From: Bacteroidia bacterium
Lineage (GTDB): Bacteria; Bacteroidota; Bacteroidia; 2-12-FULL-35-15
Assembly (NCBI GenBank): GCA_045805205.1
Contig: JBJMLR010000001.1
Span: 120,677-184,676 of the forward strand
Direction of reading: 5' to 3'
Length of the DNA stretch: 64,000 bases
The notes beneath the pieces are model-generated. The model saw nothing but the letters and a program-made list of their open reading frames with translations, was not told where the DNA came from and made no database searches. The translations under genes and the position numbers were made by a program. Every line of letters begins with the position of its first letter. Position 1 is the stretch's first letter. Positions 39,072 through 48,778 of the stretch are shown in pieces.

Positions 39072-40328
39072 ATGAGTCGACCAAAAGAACATCGTTCTCC
39101 GCTCCTTACCATCTTTCTGACGGTCTTTATTGATATGCTCGGCGTGGGGATCGTGATCCCGGTGATCGCTCCGCTCATGCTGGATCCTTCACATCACATG
39201 CTGGATGCGGCAGCGAGCGTTCATACCCGCACGGTCGCCCTCGGTTTCCTGATCGCTGCCTATCCGCTGGCCCAGTTCTTCGGAGCGCCGATGCTTGGTG
39301 CATTGTCGGACCGCTTCGGCAGAAAACGCTTATTGTTTATCTCACTCGCCGGGACGCTGATCGGTTATATCCTTTTTGCAATGGCGATCCTCCAGCAAAA
39401 TATCCAGTTGCTGTTCTTCAGCAGGCTTCTTGATGGCTTTACCGGCGGCAACATTTCGATAGCCCTTTCATCCATTTCCGATTTCAGCGATGAAAAATCG
39501 AAGGCGAAAAATTTCGGAATGGTGGGGGCTGCTTTCGGACTGGGGTTTATCCTGGGTCCATATATTGGTGGGAAATTTGCGGATCCGAATGTCATCTCCT
39601 GGTTCAATGCAGCCACGCCGTTTTGGTTTGCCGCGATCCTGACAGCGGTGAATCTTGCATTTGTCTGGCTCGCCTTTCCGGAAACACTTCGTGAACGAAG
39701 AAACACTCCTGTCAGCATATTTACCGGGGTCCGGAACCTGGGAAAAGCTTTTCAGCTTCGACAGATGCGAACCATCTTCCTCGTTGTTTTTCTGCTGACG
39801 CTTGGATTTAATTTTTTTACGCAGTTCTTTACCGTTTTCCTGATCAGTAAATTTCAGTTCTCTATTTCCAACATCGCGGATACGTTTGCATTCATCGGGA
39901 TCTGGATCGTGGTTGCACAGGGAGGATTGCAGCGTCCTTTATCCAAAAAAGTATTGCCTTTGAAAATGCTGCAGGTGGCAGGGCTTTGCCTTGGACTGAC
40001 ATTGCCTTTACTGCTGCTGCCGTCGAAATCGCTGTACATTTTCTATGTGCTTCCTTTTATTGCGATCTTCCAGGGACTTACGCAGCCGAATATCACATCG
40101 GTTGTTTCCAGCCAGGCAAGCAAGGATGAGCAAGGGCAGATCCTCGGGATCAACCAATCGATCCAGTCCCTCGGAATGGCGATTCCGCCGATCATAGCAA
40201 GCTATATCAATATGGTGAACATCAACCTGCCGATAGCAACAGCATCCTTTTGCATCATTCTGGGATGGATCATACTCGTGGCATTTTTTAAAAATAGAAA
40301 CGAACAATCCGAATCAACATTTTCATAA
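39072..40328 (+). CDS. MFS transporter (Tet/TCR-like family)
   Basis: 12 TM; motif A GALSDRFGRKRLL between TM2 and TM3. Confidence 0.8.
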   Translation: MSRPKEHRSPLLTIFLTVFIDMLGVGIVIPVIAPLMLDPSHHMLDAAASVHTRTVALGFLIAAYPLAQFFGAPMLGALSDRFGRKRLLFISLAGTLIGYILFAMAILQQNIQLLFFSRLLDGFTGGNISIALSSISDFSDEKSKAKNFGMVGAAFGLGFILGPYIGGKFADPNVISWFNAATPFWFAAILTAVNLAFVWLAFPETLRERRNTPVSIFTGVRNLGKAFQLRQMRTIFLVVFLLTLGFNFFTQFFTVFLISKFQFSISNIADTFAFIGIWIVVAQGGLQRPLSKKVLPLKMLQVAGLCLGLTLPLLLLPSKSLYIFYVLPFIAIFQGLTQPNITSVVSSQASKDEQGQILGINQSIQSLGMAIPPIIASYINMVNINLPIATASFCIILGWIILVAFFKNRNEQSESTFS

Positions 40329-42167
40329 ATGAAAAAATATATTTACCAGTCAGTTTTAGGCGCTGCGTTGCTCCTTAGCGCATGTGGCGGCGACAAAACA
40401 GCCAGTTCCGGAAAAGCATCAGCGGATGAGATCGCTGCTGAAAGTAAAAAGGCGAATGCTTTTTTCGACCGCGTATTTGACGGAAAGATCGATCGCGATC
40501 CGATGCAGCAATCGTTGCTTGGAATAAAAAAAGATTATGGCAAATGGCAGGATATCAGTGAAGCAAATGCTGAGAAAGAACTAGCGATCACAAAGCAGGC
40601 CCTGGATTCATTGAAGCAGATCGACAGCACAAAGCTGGATGAGCAAACACTGATCAGCTATCGCTTATTTGCGAAGTCCTGCCGTGAGGGCATCGACAAT
40701 TTCAAATGGCACCTGTATGATTACCCGGTTACGCAGATGGGCGGGTTGCACGCAGACATTCCTACATTCATGATCAATGTGCACCTGGTGGATAATAAGA
40801 GCGATGCGGAAGCATATGTTTCCCGTCTGAGCGGGATCCAGTCGCTGTTTGACCAGCTGATCGTAAACCTGAAGCTGCGGGAAGATCTGGGCGTTATTCC
40901 GCCGAAGTTTGTTTTTCCATATGTGGCGAATGATTGCCGGAACATGCTCAGCGGAGAACCTTTTGAAAAAGGAAAAGGAATGAATCCGCTGATGGAAGAC
41001 TTCGCTAAAAAAGTAGAGGCACTGAAAGACATAGATGAGGCGACAAAAAATGAACTGAAAGAAAAAGCGAAAGCGGCGCTCCTGGAAAATGTGAAGCCTG
41101 CTTATGAAAAGCTGATAGCCTATTGGAACGAGCTGGAAAAAAAGGCTACAACGGATGATGGCATCTGGAAAGTGAAAAACGGAGACGCATATTATGATAA
41201 TATGCTGAAGCAGACGACAACGACAAATCTTACGGCAGATGAGATCCATGAGATCGGTCTGAAAGAAGTGGAGCGCATTCACAACGAAATGCGTGAGATC
41301 ATGAAAAAAGTGAATTTCAAGAATGATAACCTCCGGGACTTTTTTGAGTTCATGCGTGTCGACAAGCAATTTTATTATCCGAACGATGCAGCCGGAAAAG
41401 AAGCATACCGTGTGAAAGCGGTAAAGATCATCGACGACATGAAAGTGCAATTGGACAAATTATTTCTTACAAAGCCAAAAGCAGATATTGTGGTGAAGCC
41501 GGTGGAAGCTTTTCGTGAGAAATCGGCGGGAGGTGCATTCTATGAAGACCCGGCGCAGGATGGCTCACGTCCCGGACGTTATTATATTAATTTATATAAT
41601 ATGGCCGACCAGGCGAATTACCAGATGGAAGCTTTGGCTTACCACGAAGGAATTCCGGGGCACCACATGCAGATCGCGATCGCGCAGGAATTGAAAGGAT
41701 TGCCGAAATTCAGGATGCACGGCGGAAATGTTGCTTACGTGGAAGGCTGGGCATTGTATTCGGAACTGGTCCCGAAAGAGATCGGCTTCTACCAGGATCC
41801 TTATTCTGATTTCGGACGGCTGGCCATGGAGCTGTTCCGCGCAGCACGGCTGGTGGTGGATACGGGAATCCACCGCAAGCATTGGACGCGCCAGCAGGCC
41901 CTGGATTATTTCAAGGAGAATACCCCGAATCCGGAAGGAGACAATAAAAAAGAGATAGAACGCTATATCGTTTGGCCTTCCCAGGCGACAGGATATAAGA
42001 TCGGTATGAACAAGATCCTGGAGCTGAGAGAAGATGCAAAAAAGAAATTGGGTGATAAATTTGACATCCGGGAGTTTCATGACGTAGTTTTGACCTCCGG
42101 ACCGGTCCCCCTGGATATTCTGGAGGAAATGGTAAATACCTGGGTGGAGAAGAAATTGAAAATGTAA
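40329..42167 (+). CDS. DUF885 family lipoprotein (putative Zn-peptidase-like)
   Basis: Lipobox LLLSAC; HEGIPGHHMQ motif characteristic of DUF885. Confidence 0.75.
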   Translation: MKKYIYQSVLGAALLLSACGGDKTASSGKASADEIAAESKKANAFFDRVFDGKIDRDPMQQSLLGIKKDYGKWQDISEANAEKELAITKQALDSLKQIDSTKLDEQTLISYRLFAKSCREGIDNFKWHLYDYPVTQMGGLHADIPTFMINVHLVDNKSDAEAYVSRLSGIQSLFDQLIVNLKLREDLGVIPPKFVFPYVANDCRNMLSGEPFEKGKGMNPLMEDFAKKVEALKDIDEATKNELKEKAKAALLENVKPAYEKLIAYWNELEKKATTDDGIWKVKNGDAYYDNMLKQTTTTNLTADEIHEIGLKEVERIHNEMREIMKKVNFKNDNLRDFFEFMRVDKQFYYPNDAAGKEAYRVKAVKIIDDMKVQLDKLFLTKPKADIVVKPVEAFREKSAGGAFYEDPAQDGSRPGRYYINLYNMADQANYQMEALAYHEGIPGHHMQIAIAQELKGLPKFRMHGGNVAYVEGWALYSELVPKEIGFYQDPYSDFGRLAMELFRAARLVVDTGIHRKHWTRQQALDYFKENTPNPEGDNKKEIERYIVWPSQATGYKIGMNKILELREDAKKKLGDKFDIREFHDVVLTSGPVPLDILEEMVNTWVEKKLKM

Positions 42168-42183
42168 GTAACTTGTTCAGGGT

Positions 42184-42260
42184 GTCATTGCGAGTAGGAA
42201 CGACGAAGCAATCTCTTCAATGAAGAGATCGCTTCTCCGCCGGGCGGATCGTGATGATGA
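42184..42260. repeat. nested-hairpin intergenic repeat element, copy 2 of 3
   Basis: gtcattgcgag ... gaagcaatctcttcaatgaagagatcgcttctccgccgggcggatcgtgatgatga; compensatory U-G pairs keep the outer stem. Confidence 0.7.
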
Positions 42261-42288
42261 TTAAATTCAAAATCTGTGGTTAAAAAAT

Positions 42289-43404
42289 ATGGCAAAAAAA
42301 ACAATCAAAAAGAAAACATCCGGATCGATCCTCAATCAAAAGTCGCTGGACTTTTTGAGGGCATACATCAATAATCCTTCTCCAACGGGATTTGAGAGCG
42401 AAGGTCAGAAGCTCTGGCTGAACTATATCAAACCGTATACGGACGATTATTTCACCGATAATTACGGTACTGCTGTAGCGGTGATCAATCCGAAAGCTTC
42501 CTATAAAGTTGTGATCGAAGCGCATGCAGACGAGATCTCCTGGTTTGTGCATTATATCACCAGTGATGGATTCATCTATCTCCGCAGAAATGGCGGAAGC
42601 GACCACATGATCGCGCCTTCGAAGCGGGTGAACATCCACACGGATAAAGGAATTGTGAAAGCGATCTTCGGCTGGCCGGCAATCCATGTGCGTGATGCAG
42701 CGCGCGAAGAAGCTCCGTCATTAAAAAATATTTTCCTGGATTGCGGATGTACAACGAAAAAAGAAGTGGAAGATCTCGGCGTGCATGTGGGATGCGTGGT
42801 TACGTATGAAGATGAGTTCATGGTTTTGAACGATCGTCATTATGTCGGGCGGGCATTGGATAACCGCATTGGTGGTTTCATGATCGCGGAGGTGGCCCGG
42901 CTGATAAAAGAAAGCAAAACGAAATTGCCGTATGCATTGTACATCACAAATTCGGTGCAGGAGGAAGTTGGTTTACGGGGTGCGGAAATGATCTCTCAAA
43001 CCATCAAACCCGATGTTGCTATCATCACCGATGTTTGTCATGATACACAGTCGCCGATGATGAGCAAGGTAGCCAGCGGTGACCAGGCTTGCGGGAAAGG
43101 CCCGGTGTTGACATATGGTCCGGCTGTTCAGAATAATCTCCTGAAGCTGATCATCAATGCTGCACAGGGAAAAAAGATACCGTTCCAGCGAGCTGCTGCT
43201 TCCAGGGCAACCGGCACCGATACAGATGCTTTTGCGTATTCCGTGGGCGGAGTTCCATCAGCGCTCATTTCATTGCCGCTGCGTTATATGCACACCACCG
43301 TAGAAAGCGTTCATAAGGATGATGTGGAAAATGTGATCAGGCTTATTTTCGAGTCGCTGAAAGCAATAAAAAGCGGCCATGATTTCAAGTATATCAAGAA
43401 GTAA
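42289..43404 (+). CDS. M42 family peptidase (glutamyl aminopeptidase / FrvX-like)
   Basis: VVIEAHADEISWFVHYITSDGFIYLRRNGG and downstream metal-ligand pattern typical of M42. Confidence 0.8.
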   Translation: MAKKTIKKKTSGSILNQKSLDFLRAYINNPSPTGFESEGQKLWLNYIKPYTDDYFTDNYGTAVAVINPKASYKVVIEAHADEISWFVHYITSDGFIYLRRNGGSDHMIAPSKRVNIHTDKGIVKAIFGWPAIHVRDAAREEAPSLKNIFLDCGCTTKKEVEDLGVHVGCVVTYEDEFMVLNDRHYVGRALDNRIGGFMIAEVARLIKESKTKLPYALYITNSVQEEVGLRGAEMISQTIKPDVAIITDVCHDTQSPMMSKVASGDQACGKGPVLTYGPAVQNNLLKLIINAAQGKKIPFQRAAASRATGTDTDAFAYSVGGVPSALISLPLRYMHTTVESVHKDDVENVIRLIFESLKAIKSGHDFKYIKK

Positions 43405-43480
43405 AACAAGCTGAGCTACTGCATTTTAGCTGCTGAAACTTTAGCCGCTTTTTGCCGTATACCCGCACAAACCATTTTCT

Positions 43481-44341
43481 ATGTCTCACCGTTCCGGACT
43501 CCCAATTTCTCTATTCATCCTGGCCATCAGCCTCTCGTCCTGTAACAGTGATAAGCCCGTAAAAGAGAACGTACTGACGACCGAAGATTCCCTCGCGATG
43601 GTTGATAATACCACAACTGTTGAAAGTAAAGGGAAGTTCGACATGGTCATCAGTGATATCCCTTTCCCGTTCGAGATCCTGGATAATTTATACACTAAGC
43701 ACGTTCCCTTTGAAGTGAAAGCGATGAATCCGACATCGCAGGCTTCAAAATATAATCAATACAACTCCAAAGCGCTTAACCTCGGTATTTATGGTGCGGA
43801 TCTCGCCTATGCCGTTACTTACGAGCAGTTCCAGGAGATCGGAGGATATGTAAAAACAACCAAGCGGCTGGCGGAGGATCTGAATATTCCTTATGCATTT
43901 GACGACAGCATGATGGATAAATACAACAAGTTCAAGGATAATAAGGATTCTCTCACAAAAGTCGTTTATGATTCTTATAACCAGGTCGACAAAGCCCTGA
44001 AAGGGGATGAAAGAGTCGGAATGGCTGCATTGGTGGTGACCGGCAGCTGGCTGGAAGGACTCTATTTGTCGACCCAGGCATTCCTTGACGTTGAGAAAAC
44101 GCCGGAAAACAGCGGAATGTACAAGACCATCCAGGAGCAGAAGCAGAGTTTAGTGATCGTGATAAAGCTGCTCGATGAATATAAGAATGATCCTTATATC
44201 GGCCGTTTGATCGATGAGCTCAAAGGCATTACGGCTGAGTATAACCATATTACTTCCGATGAAACGATGAATGAAAAGCAGCTGATCACGATCCATTCCA
44301 AGGTGGAAGCGCTGCGGATCAAGATTGTTGAAGGTCTCTGA
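43481..44341 (+). CDS. hypothetical lipoprotein
   Basis: Signal with lipobox LSSC; no recognisable domain. Confidence 0.35.
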   Translation: MSHRSGLPISLFILAISLSSCNSDKPVKENVLTTEDSLAMVDNTTTVESKGKFDMVISDIPFPFEILDNLYTKHVPFEVKAMNPTSQASKYNQYNSKALNLGIYGADLAYAVTYEQFQEIGGYVKTTKRLAEDLNIPYAFDDSMMDKYNKFKDNKDSLTKVVYDSYNQVDKALKGDERVGMAALVVTGSWLEGLYLSTQAFLDVEKTPENSGMYKTIQEQKQSLVIVIKLLDEYKNDPYIGRLIDELKGITAEYNHITSDETMNEKQLITIHSKVEALRIKIVEGL

Positions 44342-44357
44342 TCTGAAGAGTACACGA

Positions 44358-45149
44358 TCATTTTTCCCTGAGAAACTCGTCGAGCATTTGCGGCTGATCT
44401 GTGTTGATCAGATCAACGCCGCAATCCAGCAAAAATTTCCAGACAATTTTATTTTCGGGGGAGGCCCATAACCGCACTTTCTTATCGTGTCGATGTGCAT
44501 TCTCAACCAACCCGATCAGCTTTGCCTTTTCAGTAGGATCAACTTCACCTTTTCCTTTCCAGTGAAGTATGTTCGAGTATTTTGTGCTGGCCATCAGGAA
44601 GACATTCTGCAGGCGATCATTTTCGGTTCTTAATAAGCTGCCGTCGATGAAAGCACAGCGAACAGTTTCTGAGCAGATCTGATCATAAGGCTTATTTCCT
44701 GTGATGATCACGGTGATGGCGCCCGGGATAATATTGCCGTTCTCCGACCTGGTGAGCAGCGAGCTGTATTTTTTTAGTTTCTTTTCGAGCACCGCATAAG
44801 CAGCTTTGGCACCGGATTTAATATCGATCAGGAGAATGAGCGGAGCATCCGGATAGATCCTGCCATTGTGTTCCCTGCAGATCTTAGCAAGGGGCTCCAG
44901 GTAGAGGGAATCGAGCCGCTGCCTGTTTAACAGCGGATAAGTATGGGAAACATACAGATCGCCATCGATGAGAAAAATATCTGCCTCCACACTTGCAAAA
45001 CCATGACTTAATGCATCTTTCAACGGATGCTTCCGGAGATAATCATTATGAGAGTGGGCATTGGGAAGGTAATTTGCCTGTGCATTCAGCACACGGACCC
45101 AGAGTGAAAGAAGCAGACACAGGAATAGTCGGAATAGCATGAAATGCAA
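44358..45149 (-). CDS. PI-PLC X-domain / glycerophosphodiester-phosphodiesterase-like secreted protein
   Basis: Signal peptide; HNDY ... EADIF ... YVSHT arrangement resembling PI-PLC/GDPD catalytic residues; weak. Confidence 0.35.
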   Translation of the reverse strand: MHFMLFRLFLCLLLSLWVRVLNAQANYLPNAHSHNDYLRKHPLKDALSHGFASVEADIFLIDGDLYVSHTYPLLNRQRLDSLYLEPLAKICREHNGRIYPDAPLILLIDIKSGAKAAYAVLEKKLKKYSSLLTRSENGNIIPGAITVIITGNKPYDQICSETVRCAFIDGSLLRTENDRLQNVFLMASTKYSNILHWKGKGEVDPTEKAKLIGLVENAHRHDKKVRLWASPENKIVWKFLLDCGVDLINTDQPQMLDEFLREK

Positions 45150-45259
45150 TGGTTTTAGAGCTTCTTAATAATTGCTAAAAATGAGGATTTTTAGGTCAAA
45201 ATGACTATTTTTAGTCAAAATTTATTTAAAATTCCAGGTAATTAATACAGGAAACAAGG

Positions 45260-46789
45260 ATGGCAATAATCGGTTCGGTGATAAAGCGTACGTTTGAGAT
45301 CAGGGAGAGCCTGCCAAAGATCCGGAAAAGAAATGGATATAAGCAGCAGACCAAAACGCTGAAAAAGCTTCTTTCCAAAGCGGAATTCACCGCTTTCGGG
45401 GAACATTATAATTTTTCGAAGATCCTTGGTGAGGAAGACCTGATCGCCGCTTTCCAGCAAACGGTGAAAACACATGATTATGTGTCAATGTACAAGAACT
45501 GGTGGTATCGTACCCGTGAAGGAGAAGCGAACATCTGCTGGCCGGGAAAGATCAAGTATTTTGCATTGAGCTCCGGAACTTCGGATGCTGCCAGCAAATA
45601 CATTCCGGTTACCAGCGACATGCTGAAAGTGATCCGTAAGGCAGTTCTCCGGCAAATGATCTCTTTCGTGCACGTCGGACTTCCGAAAGAACATTTTGAA
45701 AAGGAAGTGCTGATGGTCGGAGGAAGCACCGATCTCAAATACAATGGCATTTACTATGAAGGCGACCTCAGCGGGATCACGACGGGCTCGGTGCCTTTTT
45801 ATGTACAAGGTTACAGCAAACCCGGCTTACGGATCACCAGCGTAAGCGACTGGGAAGCCAAACTGCAGGAGATCACCAACAATGCCTCGAAATGGGATAT
45901 TGGGATCGTATGTGGCGTTCCGGCCTGGATCCAGATCCTTTTTGAAAAGATCATCCGCGAATACAAAGTGGCTAATATTCACGAGATCTGGCCGAACCTG
46001 AACGTCTACATTCACGGTGGTGTTTCTTTTGCGCCTTACAAAAAAGGATTTGATAAGCTTCTCGGCCGCCCGATTGTGTACATGGACACTTATCTTGCAT
46101 CGGAAGGCTATGTGGCTTTTCAAACGCGCCAGGAAACGGACGGGATGAAGATGATGCTTGATAACGGATTGTTTTATGAATTCGTTCCTTTTACACCGGA
46201 GAATTTCGACGATGAAGGAAACATGGGAGAGCATCCGCAAACACTGCATATTGACCAGGTGCGTGAAGGAGTCGAGTACGCATTGCTGATCACGACCTGC
46301 TCAGGCGCCTGGCGTTATCTTATCGGTGATGTGATCAAGTTTACTTCCGTTGAGCAGCATGAGATCATCATTGTCGGAAGGACGAAACATTTTCTCAGTC
46401 TCTGTGGTGAGCATTTATCACAGGACAATATGAACAAGGCGATCGAGCTGGTTTCAGAAGAGTTGAAAATTGATATCAAAGAATTCACCGTGGCCGGGAT
46501 CAGCTATGACACGATGTTTGCACACCACTGGTTCATCGGCACGGATGGAAAGGTGGATGCAAAGCTGCTTCGTACACGCCTGGATGAAACGTTGAAGGAG
46601 CTGAATGATGATTATAAAGTGGAAAGGATCTCAGCATTAAAGGACGTCATTGTAGATGTTTATCCGGTACAAGTATTTTACGACTATATGCGTACAAAAG
46701 GTAAGGTTGGATCGCAATTTAAGTTTCCCAGGGTTTTGAAGAAAAATCAGCTGATTGAGTGGGAATCTTATTTGAAAATGAAGCGATAG
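45260..46789 (+). CDS. GH3 family protein (acyl-acid amido synthetase superfamily, ANL-like)
   Basis: 509 aa; FALSSGTSDAASKYIPVT adenylation motif; YASSEG-like YLASEGY motif. Confidence 0.65.
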   Translation: MAIIGSVIKRTFEIRESLPKIRKRNGYKQQTKTLKKLLSKAEFTAFGEHYNFSKILGEEDLIAAFQQTVKTHDYVSMYKNWWYRTREGEANICWPGKIKYFALSSGTSDAASKYIPVTSDMLKVIRKAVLRQMISFVHVGLPKEHFEKEVLMVGGSTDLKYNGIYYEGDLSGITTGSVPFYVQGYSKPGLRITSVSDWEAKLQEITNNASKWDIGIVCGVPAWIQILFEKIIREYKVANIHEIWPNLNVYIHGGVSFAPYKKGFDKLLGRPIVYMDTYLASEGYVAFQTRQETDGMKMMLDNGLFYEFVPFTPENFDDEGNMGEHPQTLHIDQVREGVEYALLITTCSGAWRYLIGDVIKFTSVEQHEIIIVGRTKHFLSLCGEHLSQDNMNKAIELVSEELKIDIKEFTVAGISYDTMFAHHWFIGTDGKVDAKLLRTRLDETLKELNDDYKVERISALKDVIVDVYPVQVFYDYMRTKGKVGSQFKFPRVLKKNQLIEWESYLKMKR

Positions 46790-46791
46790 TT

Positions 46792-46855
46792 AGTTCAATA
46801 GTTTATTAGTTCATTAGTTCATTGGTTCATTAGTTCAATAGTTCATAAGTTCACT
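46792..46855. repeat. degenerate octanucleotide tandem repeat (AGTTCATT)x8
   Basis: agttcaat agtttatt agttcatt agttcatt ggttcatt agttcaat agttcata agttcact, starting 3 nt after the GH3 stop codon. Confidence 0.9.
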
Positions 46856-46976
46856 GGTGCAGGGCGCAGTTGGCAAGTGATTGCAGGGAAATTTCGAACC
46901 TTGCAGATGTGGAAGCAATTTCATGATGAGGGAGTAAGTGTTCGTAAATTCGTAAATATTCGTATTTAGTAGTTGT

Positions 46977-47597
46977 ATGATCTTTAAAGCAATTTTTTCA
47001 GGTTTCGCATTGGGGCTTGCGCTGGCACTGTCTCTTGGGCCCTCTTTTTTTGCTTTGATCCAAACGAGCACTAAGCGCGGGTTTAAACCGGCCCTCGGAC
47101 TTGCGGCTGGGATTTTCATCAGCGACATGTTCTGCGTGATGCTCGCTTACCTCGGAATTGCGCAGTTTTTTGATGATCCCCAGAATAAAGTATATGTCGG
47201 GCTCATCGGAGGAACGGTGCTGGTGATGTTCGGCTTTTTCAGTGCTTTTCAGAAAAAGGAAGTGGAGAAGAAGGACATGGTGGTAAAAGAAGCGAGTATT
47301 CCTCTGTACATGGTGAAAGGCTTCTTCCTGAATCTGCTGAATCCCGTTGTGATCGGTCTTTGGATGGCTTGCGTGGTTTCAGTAAGCTCGAATAAGAATT
47401 ACAGGGGGATCCACATTTTCCTGTTTTTTGCGGCTTCGCTTCTTACGGTATTTTTTACTGACGCGCTCAAAGCGTATTCTGCTCAAAAGATCAGCAAATT
47501 CTTAAGTGAAAAAATATTGAGACTGGTCAGCATTATCGCCGGGATCATCCTGATGATCTCCGGGGTGATCATGGTCTACCGGGTGCTGGTAGACTGA
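46977..47597 (+). CDS. LysE/RhtB family amino-acid exporter
   Basis: 206 aa, 6 TM, size and topology typical of LysE translocators. Confidence 0.5.
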   Translation: MIFKAIFSGFALGLALALSLGPSFFALIQTSTKRGFKPALGLAAGIFISDMFCVMLAYLGIAQFFDDPQNKVYVGLIGGTVLVMFGFFSAFQKKEVEKKDMVVKEASIPLYMVKGFFLNLLNPVVIGLWMACVVSVSSNKNYRGIHIFLFFAASLLTVFFTDALKAYSAQKISKFLSEKILRLVSIIAGIILMISGVIMVYRVLVD

Positions 47598-48011
47598 TCA
47601 TTTTTCCAGGATCTTTCCGATATCCGGTTTGAAATAAAGTGCGCTCTTCAGGATCTTTCCGTCTTCCCGGAAGATTGGTTGTCCGTTCTCATCCAGCTTA
47701 CTCATATTGCTTCTCTGGATCTCATCAAACACTTCCTCGATCTTATGCTGCAGTCCGTGGCGCAGAATGGTCCCGAACAGGATATACAGCTGATCGCCCA
47801 GGGCATCTGCGATCTCTACAATATCGCCGTTTTTGGCAGCTTCCAGGTATTCCTCATTTTCTTCCTTGATCAGGTTATAACGAAGCATGTATTCATTTTC
47901 ACCGACGTTTGCAGTAGGTTCGTAACGATTCCCGATCTTAAAAGTATCATGGAACAGTTCAACATGTTTGATCTTATCGATCAGTGCTCCCGCTTTTTCT
48001 TTTGTTTCCAT
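47598..48011 (-). CDS. MazG-like nucleotide pyrophosphohydrolase family protein (single-domain)
   Basis: 137 aa; all-helical; EE ... E ... D pattern (EENEEYLEAAKNGDIVEIADALGD) resembling MazG-like PF12643. Confidence 0.4.
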   Translation of the reverse strand: METKEKAGALIDKIKHVELFHDTFKIGNRYEPTANVGENEYMLRYNLIKEENEEYLEAAKNGDIVEIADALGDQLYILFGTILRHGLQHKIEEVFDEIQRSNMSKLDENGQPIFREDGKILKSALYFKPDIGKILEK

Positions 48012-48026
48012 CTTATATCTTTTTAA

Positions 48027-48066
48027 CTAACACACTAACACACTAACACACTAACACTTTAACACC
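48027..48066. repeat. octanucleotide tandem repeat (CTAACACA)x5
   Basis: Four perfect copies and one degenerate copy between the start of 47598..48011 and the stop of 48075..48755. Confidence 0.9.
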
Positions 48067-48074
48067 TTGAAATA

Positions 48075-48755
48075 TCATTTCTTTCCTTTCGTTTCCTTGT
48101 ACTGAGCGTTCAGTCCGTCAAGGATCTCCTGTGTGATATCCAGGCTGTCGCTCGCAATGAGAACCGGGCTGAGCGGTCCTGCGCTGTATGCCATCACAAA
48201 CTGGTAGTTGGTTTTCTTGTTGTATTCCTTCAGGTACTCTTTGATGCTGGTGTTCATTTCATCCGAGCGTTCCTGGATCTTGTCCATGAGGTCCTGCGAC
48301 CTCTGCTCCAGCATGTCAAGCTCCTCTTTTCTTTTCTGAAATGCTTCCTGCTCGGAACTTACCTGGTTTTCCGATAATAATCCGGCCTGAGCTTTTTGCT
48401 GGAATGCTTCGTAATCCGCCTGGAGCTTTTGTCCTTTCGTCTGGTATTGCTTTTCCAGCGTGCTTTGTTCAGCCTTTGCGGCGGTGTTCACATCTTTAAT
48501 GTACTCATATTTTTCGTTCAGCACATCAAGATTTACATAAACGATCCGTGAATTCTTGATGTCTTTCGGAGAAAGTACGACCGGTTTTTCTTTTGCGGTT
48601 GAATCACCTGCATTTTCAGTAACTGTTGAAGAAGCCGGCGAAACCGAAGAGAAATGGAGATAATAGAGAACGCCGACTGCGATCACCAGCACGATATTCA
48701 GGATAACGGAAAAGTTCTTGTTCATATGGATTGGTTCATTGGGTTCATTCTTCAC
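48075..48755 (-). CDS. OmpH/Skp family periplasmic chaperone
   Basis: Signal peptide; long coiled-coil KAEQSTLEKQYQTKGQKLQADYEAFQQKAQ typical of Skp. Confidence 0.6.
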   Translation of the reverse strand: MKNEPNEPIHMNKNFSVILNIVLVIAVGVLYYLHFSSVSPASSTVTENAGDSTAKEKPVVLSPKDIKNSRIVYVNLDVLNEKYEYIKDVNTAAKAEQSTLEKQYQTKGQKLQADYEAFQQKAQAGLLSENQVSSEQEAFQKRKEELDMLEQRSQDLMDKIQERSDEMNTSIKEYLKEYNKKTNYQFVMAYSAGPLSPVLIASDSLDITQEILDGLNAQYKETKGKK

Positions 48756-48778
48756 TGACGAAATAAAAGGACCGGAGA

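Noticed and set aside
40665-41450. 261-aa minus-strand ORF inside the DUF885 gene
   Set aside because: It is antisense to a well-supported CDS. Its His/Phe/Cys-rich composition is typical of reverse-frame artefacts. There are no motifs.
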